A stretch of DNA of 64,000 bases from Lama glama (taxonomy: Eukaryota), in the NCBI GenBank assembly GCA_028534125.1, contig CM052817.1, positions 67,334,001 through 67,398,000 of the forward strand, in the 5' to 3' direction. A model generated the notes under the pieces. The model worked only from the letters and a program-made list of their open reading frames with translations. It was not told the origin of the DNA and made no database searches. How positions within the stretch are numbered: the stretch's first letter is position 1; each line of letters begins with the position of its first letter. Made by a program: the position numbers and the translations under genes. This document shows positions 1 to 12,341 of the stretch, piece after piece.

Positions 1-2349
1 GATTTGTGGTTCCAGCTTAGCAACTCAAGAAAAGCCTGAGGAAGTTGGGAATACAGTTATGAAGATATGAGTACATTAGATTTTTTTTTCAATGTTATTT
101 ATTTTTTCATCCTTTCCCTCTACAACTTTGCAGTAAACTGTAATTTGACTGTGAACATTAAGTAAGGAGTGACACACTTGACTTCCTTTTAAATGCTTTA
201 GGGCTTCTAGTGAAATGCCATTTTCAAACTATAACCCATCATTTAAAAACCTGTTTACTCACTAGTCTCTGTATAAAGCAGTAAGTAGCCTATTAAATTA
301 AGCTCACCTAGAAGTCATTTTTTACTTACTTCTCTTTTTAAAAGTAAGTAGATGAGACAGTCACTTGCAATACAAGTATCAAAATGATCAAAAAGGGCTA
401 TTCAGAGTTACTCCAATGGCAGTGAATAGCCTCACCGTGTTAAAGTTCACAAAGTAAGACATGTTAACTTTGTGTCGTGAACAAAATGCTAATTTATTGT
501 CCAATTACAATTGATATTTTAGAGTTTACTATTGGTGGCAGCTGTAGGAACAATTAAAGAATTCTAATTAAAGCTACTTGAAGCAAGCACAGTCTATGCC
601 AGATTCCTCCATTTAATGCAGTTTCTATCTTTTAAAGACGGAAAAGGATCAACACTCATTTTTAATCTGAATCAGGAACAGGTTTATTTACCTATTACAT
701 GCTACTTCCACTAATGGCAGAAGGAATGCATACATAGATTATGTAATGGGGGATATAAATGTACAACATTGGCAGCGTGTGTGATGATTACCGACAAGAA
801 TTAATCAGCATTCCTCATGCCATACACAATGCAGTTAGAATAGAAACAGCAAATCTGTTCAAGTAATGCAAACAAGCTGCATGAAAGGCTAAACAAGTAA
901 AAGTGTATCATCAGCCATGACTCAAATTACATCTTTAAACTGTGTGCCAGCTTCCTTTAAATTAGCCATCTAAGAACTCGGTCTCTGACAGACGTTATAA
1001 ACTGGAAAGTACTATATCTTCTCAGGGTTGCAATTTTGCTATGGTGGGGAATGCATTTAATAATCCAGAGTGTAAATTACCCCTTACTTGTTGCAACAGA
1101 GTGCAGTGGACTCTTATGTGGGGTTTCTTTTCAGTGATGAATCTATTGATGAACCCCAGTTCTACGGCCATCTGTGGGGACAATGTTGCCCAAGTTCCCA
1201 AAAAATGTGTATATGGTAGTTTTACTGCAAAATACTTTTCAACTCTTTTTTTTTTGATTCTCGTACATTGCATAAGATTCTCAATGTTGTCTACCAACTG
1301 TGAAATCAAGTATTTCATCTTTTGTTGTAGTCATTGCTTGCTTGTTTTCTTATTCTGGGTATATTGAGGGTCCTCTAGACTTTAATGAGCTGAAATAATT
1401 ACCATTCAGTTCTTTCAGATTTGGAACTGCTCGTTGGTTAGTCCTCAGAATTCTGGTGGTAAGGATTCAATGGGGAATGTGTGGTATGTGGAGGTTTCTG
1501 CCAAATGGTAGGTTTGAAGCTGAAACTGTGGTCTAAAGAAATTCTGGTACAAAATCCTTTCTCTTGCATACAAATATAAAGAAACGCTTCTCTCAGTTAA
1601 TAACCATGCTCTTCATAATGCATTTTGGTTATTAATGAAAATGGGCGTAACTAAGTCTGTAAAGAATCAAGGGTAAGGAACAAAAACAATAAATATTAAG
1701 AAATTGACCCTCTCGTATTTTTATAGCCTCGAGCCAACTTCTTCCTTGTGAAGTTGTCCTTGTGAAGGACAGTTTAGGCAAATCTGAAAACCTTATTATT
1801 CCTTTCTCATGCCTGGGAATCAACCAAACTTAATCTCAATTCTTAATTTGTAGTTTTGACATCTATCCACATTCTGATCAAACATTTTGGTTCCCGGAGA
1901 TGTTAAATAAGAGAGAATGATTTTATCTCCTTCAATGGAATTGCCAACAAAGAATATAAAAACAGACAGATAAATTATATTATACCAAATACAGAATTAT
2001 GCTTGACTTTTTTAGTGCACTAATTCTGGTTAGCATCAAACTTTGAACTTAACGTGTTTAAATTTGTGTTAGGAGAAAAGATTGTCACATGCAATTATTG
2101 CATTGGAACATATGTGTATAAATGTGAACTTTTGCATGCAGTGGAGAGGGTCAGTCACCTGTGGATGAAGGGTAAGGATTGGAGTAACTAAAGGTCAGAA
2201 GAACCTGGGTCAAGAAGAGAGGGGGAAAATGGTAGAATTAAACCTGTAGAATTTCTGCATGGGTTTTCATTTCCTCTCTACCTTGCTCAGTGTGAGAGAT
2301 GGGCACTAATCAAATAATAATTTCACCTCTGCTAGATGAAAGTACAACT

Positions 2350-3510
2350 GTTGTAGGCGATCCCAGATCTCAGTCCTTGCCCTTGCCCTCCTTTATCTAT
2401 CTACACTCACCCCTTTGATAATCTCATCCAGGCTCATTATTTTAAACACCATCTATACCTCCAGCCTATAAATCTACCTTGAACTCCAAGCCCACATATT
2501 CAACTGCATGCTTGACATCTTTACTTGATGATCTGAGAAGCAGCTCAAACTCAGTACCTCTAAACCCAAAATTCAGTCTTCCCTTTCTCAGTTAAGGGAA
2601 GGGCAACTTCACTTTTCCAGTTATTCACATCAAAAACGCTGTAGTCATTATTAATTCTTCTCTTTCTTACATACCTAAAGCCCGACCTGTCCACAAATTC
2701 TATTTCCTTTATTTCCAACTATATGGTTAATTCAGCCCCTTTTTTACAACGTGCACTGAACTCTGATTCCACCATCTTCTCTCACTTGGATTATGTCAAT
2801 GGTCTCTCCAGATTGGTCTCCCTTCCTCCATTCTTGATCTTCAGTCATCTATTCTCAACATGGTAGCCAAAGTCACCTTTTTATAATATAAGCTGGATCA
2901 TGTCTCCCTCTAATCAAACCCTCTACATATTTCCTTTCTCACTCTGAATAAAGTCAGAGTCCCAAATATGGCACTACACAACCTTGTCCCTCTTTCTTCT
3001 CTAGCCACACTGCCTACTATCCTCTCTTACCCATTGCACTGCAGACACAATGGGTTCCTTGCTGGTCCTTGAAAACTCCAGATCCATTCTGGTCACAAGG
3101 TCTTTGTACTTGCTATTCCCTTTGTCATATAGGCTCTTCCCAAGATCTCCACAGGACCTACTTACTTACTTAATTGCTTGCTTCCTTCAGGCCATACCTC
3201 AAATATACCTTCTCTGTTAGCCTTACCCAATTACCCATTTAAAATTCCAACTCGCTTCCTCATCCTGTCACCCCACTTGGCATTTCTAATCTCATTTTCC
3301 CTCCTTAATTAGACCCACAATATATATTATCATGTGACATTTCTATTTACTTACTTCTCTATTTGTTTGTGATCTTTTTCTTTCCACCAGAATGTGAACT
3401 CCATGAGAGCAGGGATTTTTGTCTTATTTGCTTACAAATAAATTCTGGATGAGTGAAGTGCACAGGGTAAATGTGTAATATCTATTTATTGAATGAGTTA
3501 ATTCATTGAT
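2350..3510 (+). mobile_element. LINE-2 3' fragment
   Basis: CTCAGTCCTTG...CTACACTCAC...CTCATCCAG motifs, GAATGTGAACTCCATGAGAGCAGGGA, and a TTATTGAATGA terminus. Confidence 0.8.
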
Positions 3511-3888
3511 AATTGCTATGCAGAGGTACAAGTTACTTTGAGAGCCTGTGAATTTGACATAATCTTTAAAATTGGGTAGAAGTTCCCTCAAAAAATGAAG
3601 CATCAGCTAGGTTCTAAAGAACAAAGAGGCATTACCCAGGAAAACAGAGAAGGTAAGAAGATTCTAGGTATTAAGAACAAAATGAACAAAATGTCCTGAG
3701 GTGATGGCAAAACCCAGCTGGCAAGTGGAAGGATTGGAAGAAAGTCTAAGTGGCTGGAGCACAGAGAAAGAGATGACATGCTACATGATGAGATTGTAGG
3801 GCTGGACAACAAGATCCTCGCAGACCACATGTAGGATTTTATTCTAAGAGCAATGGGACATCACTGACAATACGCATGGGGTCACATG

Positions 3889-3891
<3 letters not shown>

Positions 3892-3919
<28 letters not shown>

Positions 3920-3946
3920 CACGCGCGCGTGCATGCATGCGTGTGT
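3892..3946. repeat. (TG)n followed by alternating purine-pyrimidine CG/CATG tract
   Basis: Direct reading. Confidence 0.95.
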
Positions 3947-4089
3947 TTTAAAAGAACTGCTCCGGCTGCAGCACAGAGAATGTCTGAAGACAGAGAAGAA
4001 TGAATGGAAGGAGAATACGGTGGCAGCTACTACAGTAGCCCCCACGAGAAATGACAGCAACTTGGACGTGGGTGGGGGCATGTCTCAGG

Positions 4090-4430
4090 TCTTTTGAACC
4101 TGCCTCTTTCCCTTATCCCCCTTTCCAGTCGCTTTGGTTCACTACTTTACCCTCAGGTTTTACATCCCAGGAGTGCGCTTTCTCCTCTCAGCTGGGGAGA
4201 ATTTGAAATCAAAGAGCTTTACTTAGCCATCTCCCACACTCCCTCCATGACGCCTGCTCCATTCTCCACAAACATTTCCTGCTGTTTTTATTTATTTGTG
4301 TATTTATTTCAACCACTTGGTTGAGTTCCACGGGGATGGTAAATGTGTCAGGAACAATGTTTTATTCATCTTGATACCCCCAGTAGCTGGCACATTGAAG
4401 ATACACAATAATACATGTTGAATAAATGAG
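4090..4430 (+). mobile_element. LINE-2 3' end fragment
   Basis: GCTGGCACAT...AATAATACATGTTGAATAAATGA terminus. Confidence 0.55.
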
Positions 4431-5935
4431 AAATTAAATCAATTGCTGGTTTGCCAACACAAAACAATATTTACAATGTTCTTCTTGCTGCTGCTCTGTA
4501 GACACTGTGAATTTGGGTGGGGGGATAAAGGCCTTTTCCATATGATCAAAGTATATAAGCTACAGATGAAGTCACCTATTAGTACTTGGATGTGCCCTTG
4601 AAACTCAGATACACATGCACGTCACTAGACAGCTCAATAAGATATAAATGCACCTGAAATGCTCAAATTATATGAAGATAAATGATGCACTTGGGGAGCA
4701 AACTGTATGCATGATTTTCAAGAGTCCCTTAAATGACTGCAGGTAAGACACAGGAAACTGAAGTGTTACTTCTTTAAACAGCCCCTAGAAGCCCAAAAGA
4801 TTCCATGTAGCTTCCCCAAATTCTCAGCTTCCCAGAGAATAGGCTAAGTATTATAAGATGCTGAGTCATCAAATTCAGTTGCAACTGTACCGTGGTGGCA
4901 GGATCTTTTCCACCAAAGATCTTTAATAACCTACACTGACCCTTAGCTATTGGGGGCATGAGATCAACTGTCGACTAAAAACAATACCCACATGCACACG
5001 CAGATTCATCTATATCTCTCCACCCATACACACGTTAATGCAATATTAATACACTTATAAATACCTATAAACATAAAAATTTTGAAGAAAATTACATGGC
5101 AATTGATGGAAAGGTGAGAAAAGTTCCTGAAGGCTATAATAAATGAGAATTTTCAGCTACATATGTTTTATGATGGTATCAAAGGTTAAATAGTATCATT
5201 TAAATGTTCTCTTCCCACCTCCTTTGCAACTGTGCAGTTTTCCTGAAGCCATATAATTTTAAATAGATCGCTTTTCAGAAAAGTCGTAAGCAGAAGGTCG
5301 TAATTCAAACCAGGCAACCAGATTCTCCTAACATCGAACTACTAAAGAAGTCATGTAACTCAGTCCTGTATTAAAAATGCTTTACATGTAGTTTACACAT
5401 GATTAGACCTAGCTTTTAAAAGTACTGTTCTTGGAAAGAGATCTGTATACGGCTTCCAACTTGTGAAGTTACAACACCTGTTAAAAGGAATGATTTTTGT
5501 CGTAAGTAATATATTGTAAACAAAGCACAGACTTAGACTAAAAAGATAGTTTGGTTGGCATTTCATTTTATATAAATACATTGAAAATAAGAAATATTGA
5601 CTCAAAAATTAGCCAAAAAAAATCTGAATTGCAAAGGACACAAAGATTGACCCTAAGCCAAAATATTTAGAATAAAAGATTAGAAGCAAAATTTCCAAAT
5701 AAGCAAAATGTTCCTATAGAACTCTAACACTCTTGTAGTGTATTCAAATAAAACCCTAGACTTGTTTTCACTGTATTTCCTTCAAATAACATTTTTTCTC
5801 TCTAAAAAAAAAAGACAAAACAAAGAATGGAAATAAAATGGGGGACGGCTTCTGCAAAAAACATGAAAACTAAAGCAACTATTACCAATAAACACACTTG
5901 AAAAAAAATGATTTTTCAAAAACCATATGAAATTA

Positions 5936-5980
5936 TTATCTGGTTCAATGTCTAAATTGTTATCTGGTTCAATGTCTAAA
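5936..5980. repeat. Tandem duplication, 21-bp unit with 24-bp period
   Basis: TTATCTGGTTCAATGTCTAAA at 5936-5956 and 5960-5980. Confidence 0.9.
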
Positions 5981-7059
5981 ATTCACTTCTCTTCCCTTTT
6001 TGGTTAATTCAAACTATTTTGATGATATTATCTTCTTATCATCATTTATAAACCTCCAAGGATCTGCATCCTTGAAGACATCAAGGAAGCAAAATATCTG
6101 TGAAAATTCAGTTTTATATTTTTGCCATATTGTTGCTTACACCAAAATATAAGAAACATAGCAACTCACCTGCGAAACTGCTGCATATCCAGGAACTCTT
6201 TAATTCAAGTTACCTAATTCTTCTTTCTCACCCTATGTAATCCAACTCTCTTGCCATGGCCAAGATACTTTACATGAGTGATATTATGCTAACAGAACAC
6301 ATCCTAGAATTTGTAAAATTTACAAAAAACTCTTCTAATGTGGTACTTATTCTGTGGACATGAACTCTTTCCATCACTTAAAGTTCCATGCTTGCAACCA
6401 CATTCATGATTTCCACGATATAATACTGTGTTCTACGTTTCCTGTAGTTTATGAAGCATCCAAAAAATTGGACCTTTGCTCTGAGAAGCAGTGAAACAAG
6501 AGTTAAGCATATTCACCACCAAGTCATAAGCAGCATGGGTGAACCACATATTCCACAATAAAAAGGTAATCTCAGAGTATTGCTGGGTGTGGCTGGAGAC
6601 AGAATTCCTGTGTTGCACATTTCTTCATGGCCCTGAATGCTTTCAAACATTATCACCAGGACTTTTTATTTATGGCACAAGGAATTCACGTGCTGCTCTC
6701 TCCTGGCACACTCACGACGGAGAAGGAAGGGAAAAACTTTGGATGCTTTCCTTTCTTTCTTTATTTCAGGGACCTTTTAAAGCTTTCAACAAAAATATCT
6801 CCTTTGGAAATGTAAAAAGAATCGTGTTTGTCTCTTTTCCTTTTCTAAAAATATAAGAAAGACAAAACATCTGAGGAAAAACAAGATGAGCAAAACTGGA
6901 ATATTTTATGGAAGATTTATATCCAGTACTCATTCTGCTGACATAAGGGTGAGTGGAGAATGCAAAACGATTTTTTATCACAAACAAAATGAGATTTTTA
7001 GGATCATATGCTGATTACTTCAAATCCCACAAATAAAAATTTGTTCATGGAAAAATAGA

Positions 7060-10000
7060 GATATTTTGAATACTAAAGTCCTTTATTCAACAACACAGAA
7101 ATTTCACAAAAACAACTTTACTGGGCAAATTGAATGTGTTTTTTTTTTTAAGTTTTTTTTTTTTTTTACAGTTTTGTACATGCCCCATAAGTAATTTTCT
7201 TTAATAAATACACTGTTTTCCAAAACTGCTTTTTTAATAATTGCACAAGCATACATACACCTTACACAAATATCTATTAGAAAATTTAATAGATAACTGC
7301 ACAGTTCAGAATAGGAGAACACTGTGAAAGGAGTACATTTTGTGGCCCATGTTCCTGAAATATCTCTAACTTCCTTGCAATTGTGAAAATGGAATCCCGC
7401 CTAACATAGTAGCTGTCTTTTATTCACTAGGAATACAGATCTCAGTGTGAAACTGCCGAATTTAATAAAAACAAAATCTGAAACATTTAGCTGTTACATG
7501 AGAACCAACTGTTTGACATCACTGTGAATCTAGCCATGATCAAAGACCCACTAGGGCTTTTTGCTGAACATATTTGACCCTGAATAGTGTGTGCATTGAA
7601 CTGCTTTCCTCTTTTCATTATGTGATTACAGATACTATCAGCTGAAAGACTTTCTGTGCTTTAGTATTAATTGTACGACCTTCATGCCAGGGGTTCTAAA
7701 TGAAAGGAAGGGAATATTCCTTTCTTTTAGTGATTGCTTAATATGAATTCATAGGAAGCCTCCCATCTCTTGCTCCTGATAAACGTGTTCAGAAGAAGAA
7801 AGTTGGGTGTTAGGAATTAAGCAGCCAGGAGACACTTCTATATGTTCTTACACCGGGGGAAGACTATTACTGCTTTCTCTCCCAAGGATGGACAGATTTC
7901 TAATTTGTAAATAAATGTCTACTTGTGCATAGACAGGCAGACTCCAGCAGAAAGCCACTCTGGTCTGAAGGCCTGGAAAGAGCCAGCTCTGCACTATGAC
8001 GTCAGGGTGATGTCAGGGTGCTGAGGGCCAGCTGGCAAAGAACAGATACACTGCACTATGTGCCAGCACCCCAAGTACTTTCCAAGCTCTCCCCAAATCC
8101 TGACAGAATATGGTATCTCCTCATGCACACCTAGAGAAGGCAAGACTCCTGTGTGTGTAGACCCCTCTTACAAAGTTGTTTATTTGTCTTATCTGACATG
8201 TAATTTTTAAGTTGTACAGGTGTTCCACATGGTCTGTATTTGGATTGCTCTATTTTGAATTTTCCTGATACTATGAAACATACAGTGAGGAATTTTTTAA
8301 AGTTACATTTCATTGGTATTTTAGGATCCTGAAAAGTGTAAATCTTGAAGTCATCCTACCAGGGTTAGAATGATACGCTCTACAAGTTCTCAGTATATGG
8401 ACTTACAGGAAAGAGAAGTTGGGGGGAGGCCGGAAGAGCAGTATCTTTCTCGAACATCACCAACGAGAACTTTATGTGCACCCTACATTACATAAATAGA
8501 ATTTTACCAAAAACATAAAAAATGGGCAGTGTAAAAGAACCATACCAAGAATAAAGACACATAAGAAAATTAAAGAGAAGCTGCACTTTCCCATTTCAAT
8601 CATCAACAGATTTTCTTTCATGGAAAAAAAAATTGAATTGACATGTAAAACATCACATTTTACAATATACAGATTCATCGATTCTTTAAGAAAACAAACA
8701 AAAACACATCAAGACATGCAGTACTAGCATGTATTTTAGACTCTCAGTCCATTGCTATGAGATCTTTATACGTCACCGTATGCCTAATGCAGCCCGAATA
8801 AAAGTTTGTTTCAATTCTGTAATAACAATCATCATTTTCCAAAAAGCAAGGCAAGCTTACCATTCAAGTGTAAAGTAAGTTTTCACTTACTTGTAATTAA
8901 TTAGCAAGTTGGTTAAAGAAATTAAGTAAAATAAAAAAAATGGAACGAGAAAGAACTCATATAGCTCTCATTGGTCCCACAGCAGAAATAGAAATTCTAA
9001 CTAGAAATCCTCAAAGGAATATACATCAAGTAGAAAGCTACCTCAAAATTAATATACAGCACGTTTTAATGTGTGATCACATAATTCTCTCCTCTAAACA
9101 TGGATAAGTGTAATACATTACGAAATTTCCTCAAAAAGGCTATTTGACATTAACTGTAGACCGTGCATTCATCCTCTAGGCAAGTTAAGTCACAACTGTT
9201 TCCCACGTTGGCATTTGTGAGTATCTTTTCCACCCCTCCCGCCAGCACTTGAATGCAGTGCTCGCTCCTTCTGCGATGAACAGAATCTCCTGTCATATTA
9301 TTTTCCATTCAAAACTACAACTAGCCTTTTAAAAGTATTCATCTGCTAGTCTTCCTAAAACTTTACAGTCCTTCTCATCACCCTTTCTCTCCTCAAGTTA
9401 TTTTTCTTCCCATGATCCATTTTGCTAACACTTTTCAGCAGGCTAATGGATGTCACAGGCTAAAAGAGCTGGCTAGCGGATCAAGAACAAAAAGTTACAG
9501 TCACATGGCAACTTCGATACTCTCTGTGTTTTTGCTCAACTCTGTTTTATTCCTGAAGCTGAAAATCGCCTTTAAACATTTGGCCAAAAGAAAAAAACAA
9601 AAAGAAAGAAAGAAAATTCTTAGGTGTCGTGTCATCACAAATATTTGTCCTAATGGCACAGCCTGAAGAACCCTGACTGCCAGGGGAAAACCAAACACCA
9701 CATGAAAAGGTAGCACAGGTCCCATGAAGCATTAGCTCCTTTTGTCTGGGAGCTGTGTGCGTTTATGGAATCCGCAGACTGTGGCCCTGCCCGCCTTCTC
9801 AGGAGTGAAAGCGTCCAGTGACAAGTACGGGAATCAGAGCAATGGAACATTCCACCGAGGGCCTAGAGGAAAGCCACTGTTCCAACTGGGAGGCTCCGAG
9901 AAAGGAAAATTAAAAAGAGATTTAAAAGCCTCACTTTCATGAATGCCTTGAATTCTTTTTGACTTAAAAATGTACCTAGCCTCGTCTCAATGCTGGAGGC

Positions 10001-11129
10001 CTTTAGGTATTCAAAGTTGAAAACCAAACTACCCATTTAATATCATACATGGAATTAAAAGGCATTTGGAGACATTTTAGTAAGTTTTTACTTTTTTCTT
10101 CCAAAACACAAAAAAGCAAAAAATAAACAAACAAAAAATACATATAACCCATGTTGGGCTGGGACAAAAAAAATCAGTCATGAATTTCTCTCCTAAGATA
10201 TGATACTTTATTCTGTATCCTAGAAAACACTGCTTAAAAGAAAAAAAAAATTATACAACTGTTCTGCATGTTCCAACTACTCAGAGTACTCCGCCTTAAC
10301 AGTGCAACCCAAGACAAGTCAACTACACTAAGGATTTGGGAGGTACACCCTTCTGTACAGCTCGTTTGTAAGCAATGCAAGTGCATAACCACTACTCTAA
10401 TATAGTGCTCAAAAGATTAATTGAAACTTTCATAACATCTTCCCCTCTTCGCACAATACAACTGAAGGTAACCGCTGGATGCATCCTCATCTTTTAGTCT
10501 TGTAAAACTCGGCATCAAGTCTCTACAGAAAGATGCGTGGCGACACGTGCCACTGCTGTTGCTGCTTTTAGAAACAACTGGCAAAAAAATATTTAAAGCT
10601 AAAATTTATTGCTCCAGATTTAACTTGCAGAACCATAGTGTTGTGTACAAACTGTTAATCTCCATAGATGCTCAGACGTGATTGTCTCCTTGTGTCTAAA
10701 CACACAAAATACAAGCTGCTATCTGTACAGTTTACAGTACTGAAACACATATATTTGAAAATGAAGTATAGATATGTACTTTGCAAAGATACATGATTTT
10801 ACAGCAGGGGTTTACCCAAACTTATTTTTTTACAGCCACCTTCAAAATAGACAACAACTTCACTAGGATAGCTAAATTACATCAAAGAAAGAATCAGTGT
10901 ATTGAAAGTAAATAGACTGGCCGATTCCCCGAGCTCCCGGATTATTTTTATATGTCTTTTTTCTTTTCTTTTCTTTTCCTTTATTATTTTTTTTTGAAGA
11001 AACCCCTATACATAAAATGAAAATAATATCTGGATATTTTCTTCAGTGGTGGACTAAGCAGTTTCTTAAAACAAGACATTAGTTTGCCCTTCACTTCCAA
11101 ATGCCTTGAAAATAAGAGATACTACTGCC
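7060..11129 (-). other. CXXC4: CXXC4 3' UTR (~4 kb)
   Basis: AT-rich stretch after the stop codon with no recognisable interspersed repeat. It ends at AATAAA (7087-7082) with upstream TGTA motifs and downstream GT/T-rich sequence on the minus strand. Confidence 0.75.
7082..7087 (-). terminator. Probable distal polyadenylation signal AATAAA
   Basis: TTTATT on the + strand. TGTA elements lie near 7167-7180, and TTTGT-rich sequence lies downstream on the minus strand. Confidence 0.65.
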
Positions 11130-11174
11130 TTAAAAGAACCATCGGAAAGCTTCAGCGCTGGGAACAGGTGTTCT
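11130..11174 (-). CDS. CXXC4: CXXC4 last coding exon, RTPVPSAEAFRWFF*
   Basis: Minus strand reads pyrimidine tract + TTTATAG|AGA ACA CCT GTT CCC AGC GCT GAA GCT TTC CGA TGG TTC TTT TAA. Phase 0 matches the exon 2 donor, and the peptide matches the C-terminus I recognise for CXXC4. Confidence 0.95.
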   Translation of the reverse strand, partial: RTPVPSAEAFRWFF

Positions 11175-11525
11175 CTATAAAAAAAGAGCAAGAAAATAAG
11201 TTAAGCTTTCTTTCTATGCCAATATAAAATTAGATTTTTCTCCTTTACATTTCAGCAATATTTTTAGTCCCACAATACACAACAAAATGACTTGTATATT
11301 TCAACATTTAATAAAAATCAAATGTTTAATCTTAGAACATCACAAAAATTAGAGTATTAAATTTAATGCTCATTTACTAAATATAATGATTAAAACACAT
11401 TGGTCTAAAAAAATATAGGAAATACAGCCTAGAATGTGGATGGCAATCAGAAGAAAGGGGAAGGTTCCAACTATTAACCAACAGTAGGAAGACCAGCCAG
11501 CAAGTGTACTTGAAACCTCTATCTG

Positions 11526-11626
11526 TGTATGTTCATGTATAACTGAAAAATTGTGCTCTACACTGGAATTTGACACAACATTGTAAAGTGACTATAACTC
11601 AATAAAAGAGTGTTAAAAAAAAAACC
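11526..11626 (+). mobile_element. 5'-truncated L1 3' end (~100 bp) with TSD
   Basis: TATAACTGA...TGTGCT..ACAC...ACAACATTGTAAA..GACTATA..TCAATAAAA plus an A tail. 13-bp TSD AAACCTCTATCTG at 11513-11525 and 11627-11639. Confidence 0.85.
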
Positions 11627-12320
11627 AAACCTCTATCTGCTATAGACATATGCAGCCTCTATAAGCCTGATGTTTAGAATTCAGTGAAATAATTTCTTTA
11701 TTCTGGAGAACTTCTCTTTATGACAGGACAACAACAAATATTACATCAATACTACCTCTATCATTTAACAACACCTAATGCTAAACGTTCCTACATATAA
11801 CCTAATGAGAACTATACTGACAAAACACACCGATATTTTAAAATAAGTCTGCATTTTCAACAAATTAATGTCATATACATGAGACAAACTTGTAAATAAC
11901 CAATGATACTCAATGGAGCATATTGTGCCTTTTGCACAATAAAACTACTACAGTTTTCAAAAGGAGTAATAAGCTAGCACCAAACATATGAGCGAAACTT
12001 TTAACCAAAAGCTTAAAGTTACTATGGGATTTTTGGGTTAGATAAACAGTAGTTAAGCTATGGAATTTCCTTTATATATTAACATTACAGTAATTCATCA
12101 TGCCATACTCTTCTTTATAAAACAGAATCACATGCGTGTATATTGAAGATACGTAAGAAACAACAAGCTAAGAGTAAATTTTTCCTCAGGCATGTGGAGC
12201 AGTAGGTTTTCTTCCTTAGGCCTGTCCAACAAGCCTGTGTAGACTATAAGATTGCTACTAGACATTCATAAGTATGTAAATTGGTGTGTTGAATATCACC
12301 AAAATATTGAGTAGGTATAG

Positions 12321-12341
12321 ACACACACACACACACACACA
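12321..12341. repeat. (AC)n microsatellite
   Basis: Direct reading. Confidence 0.9.
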
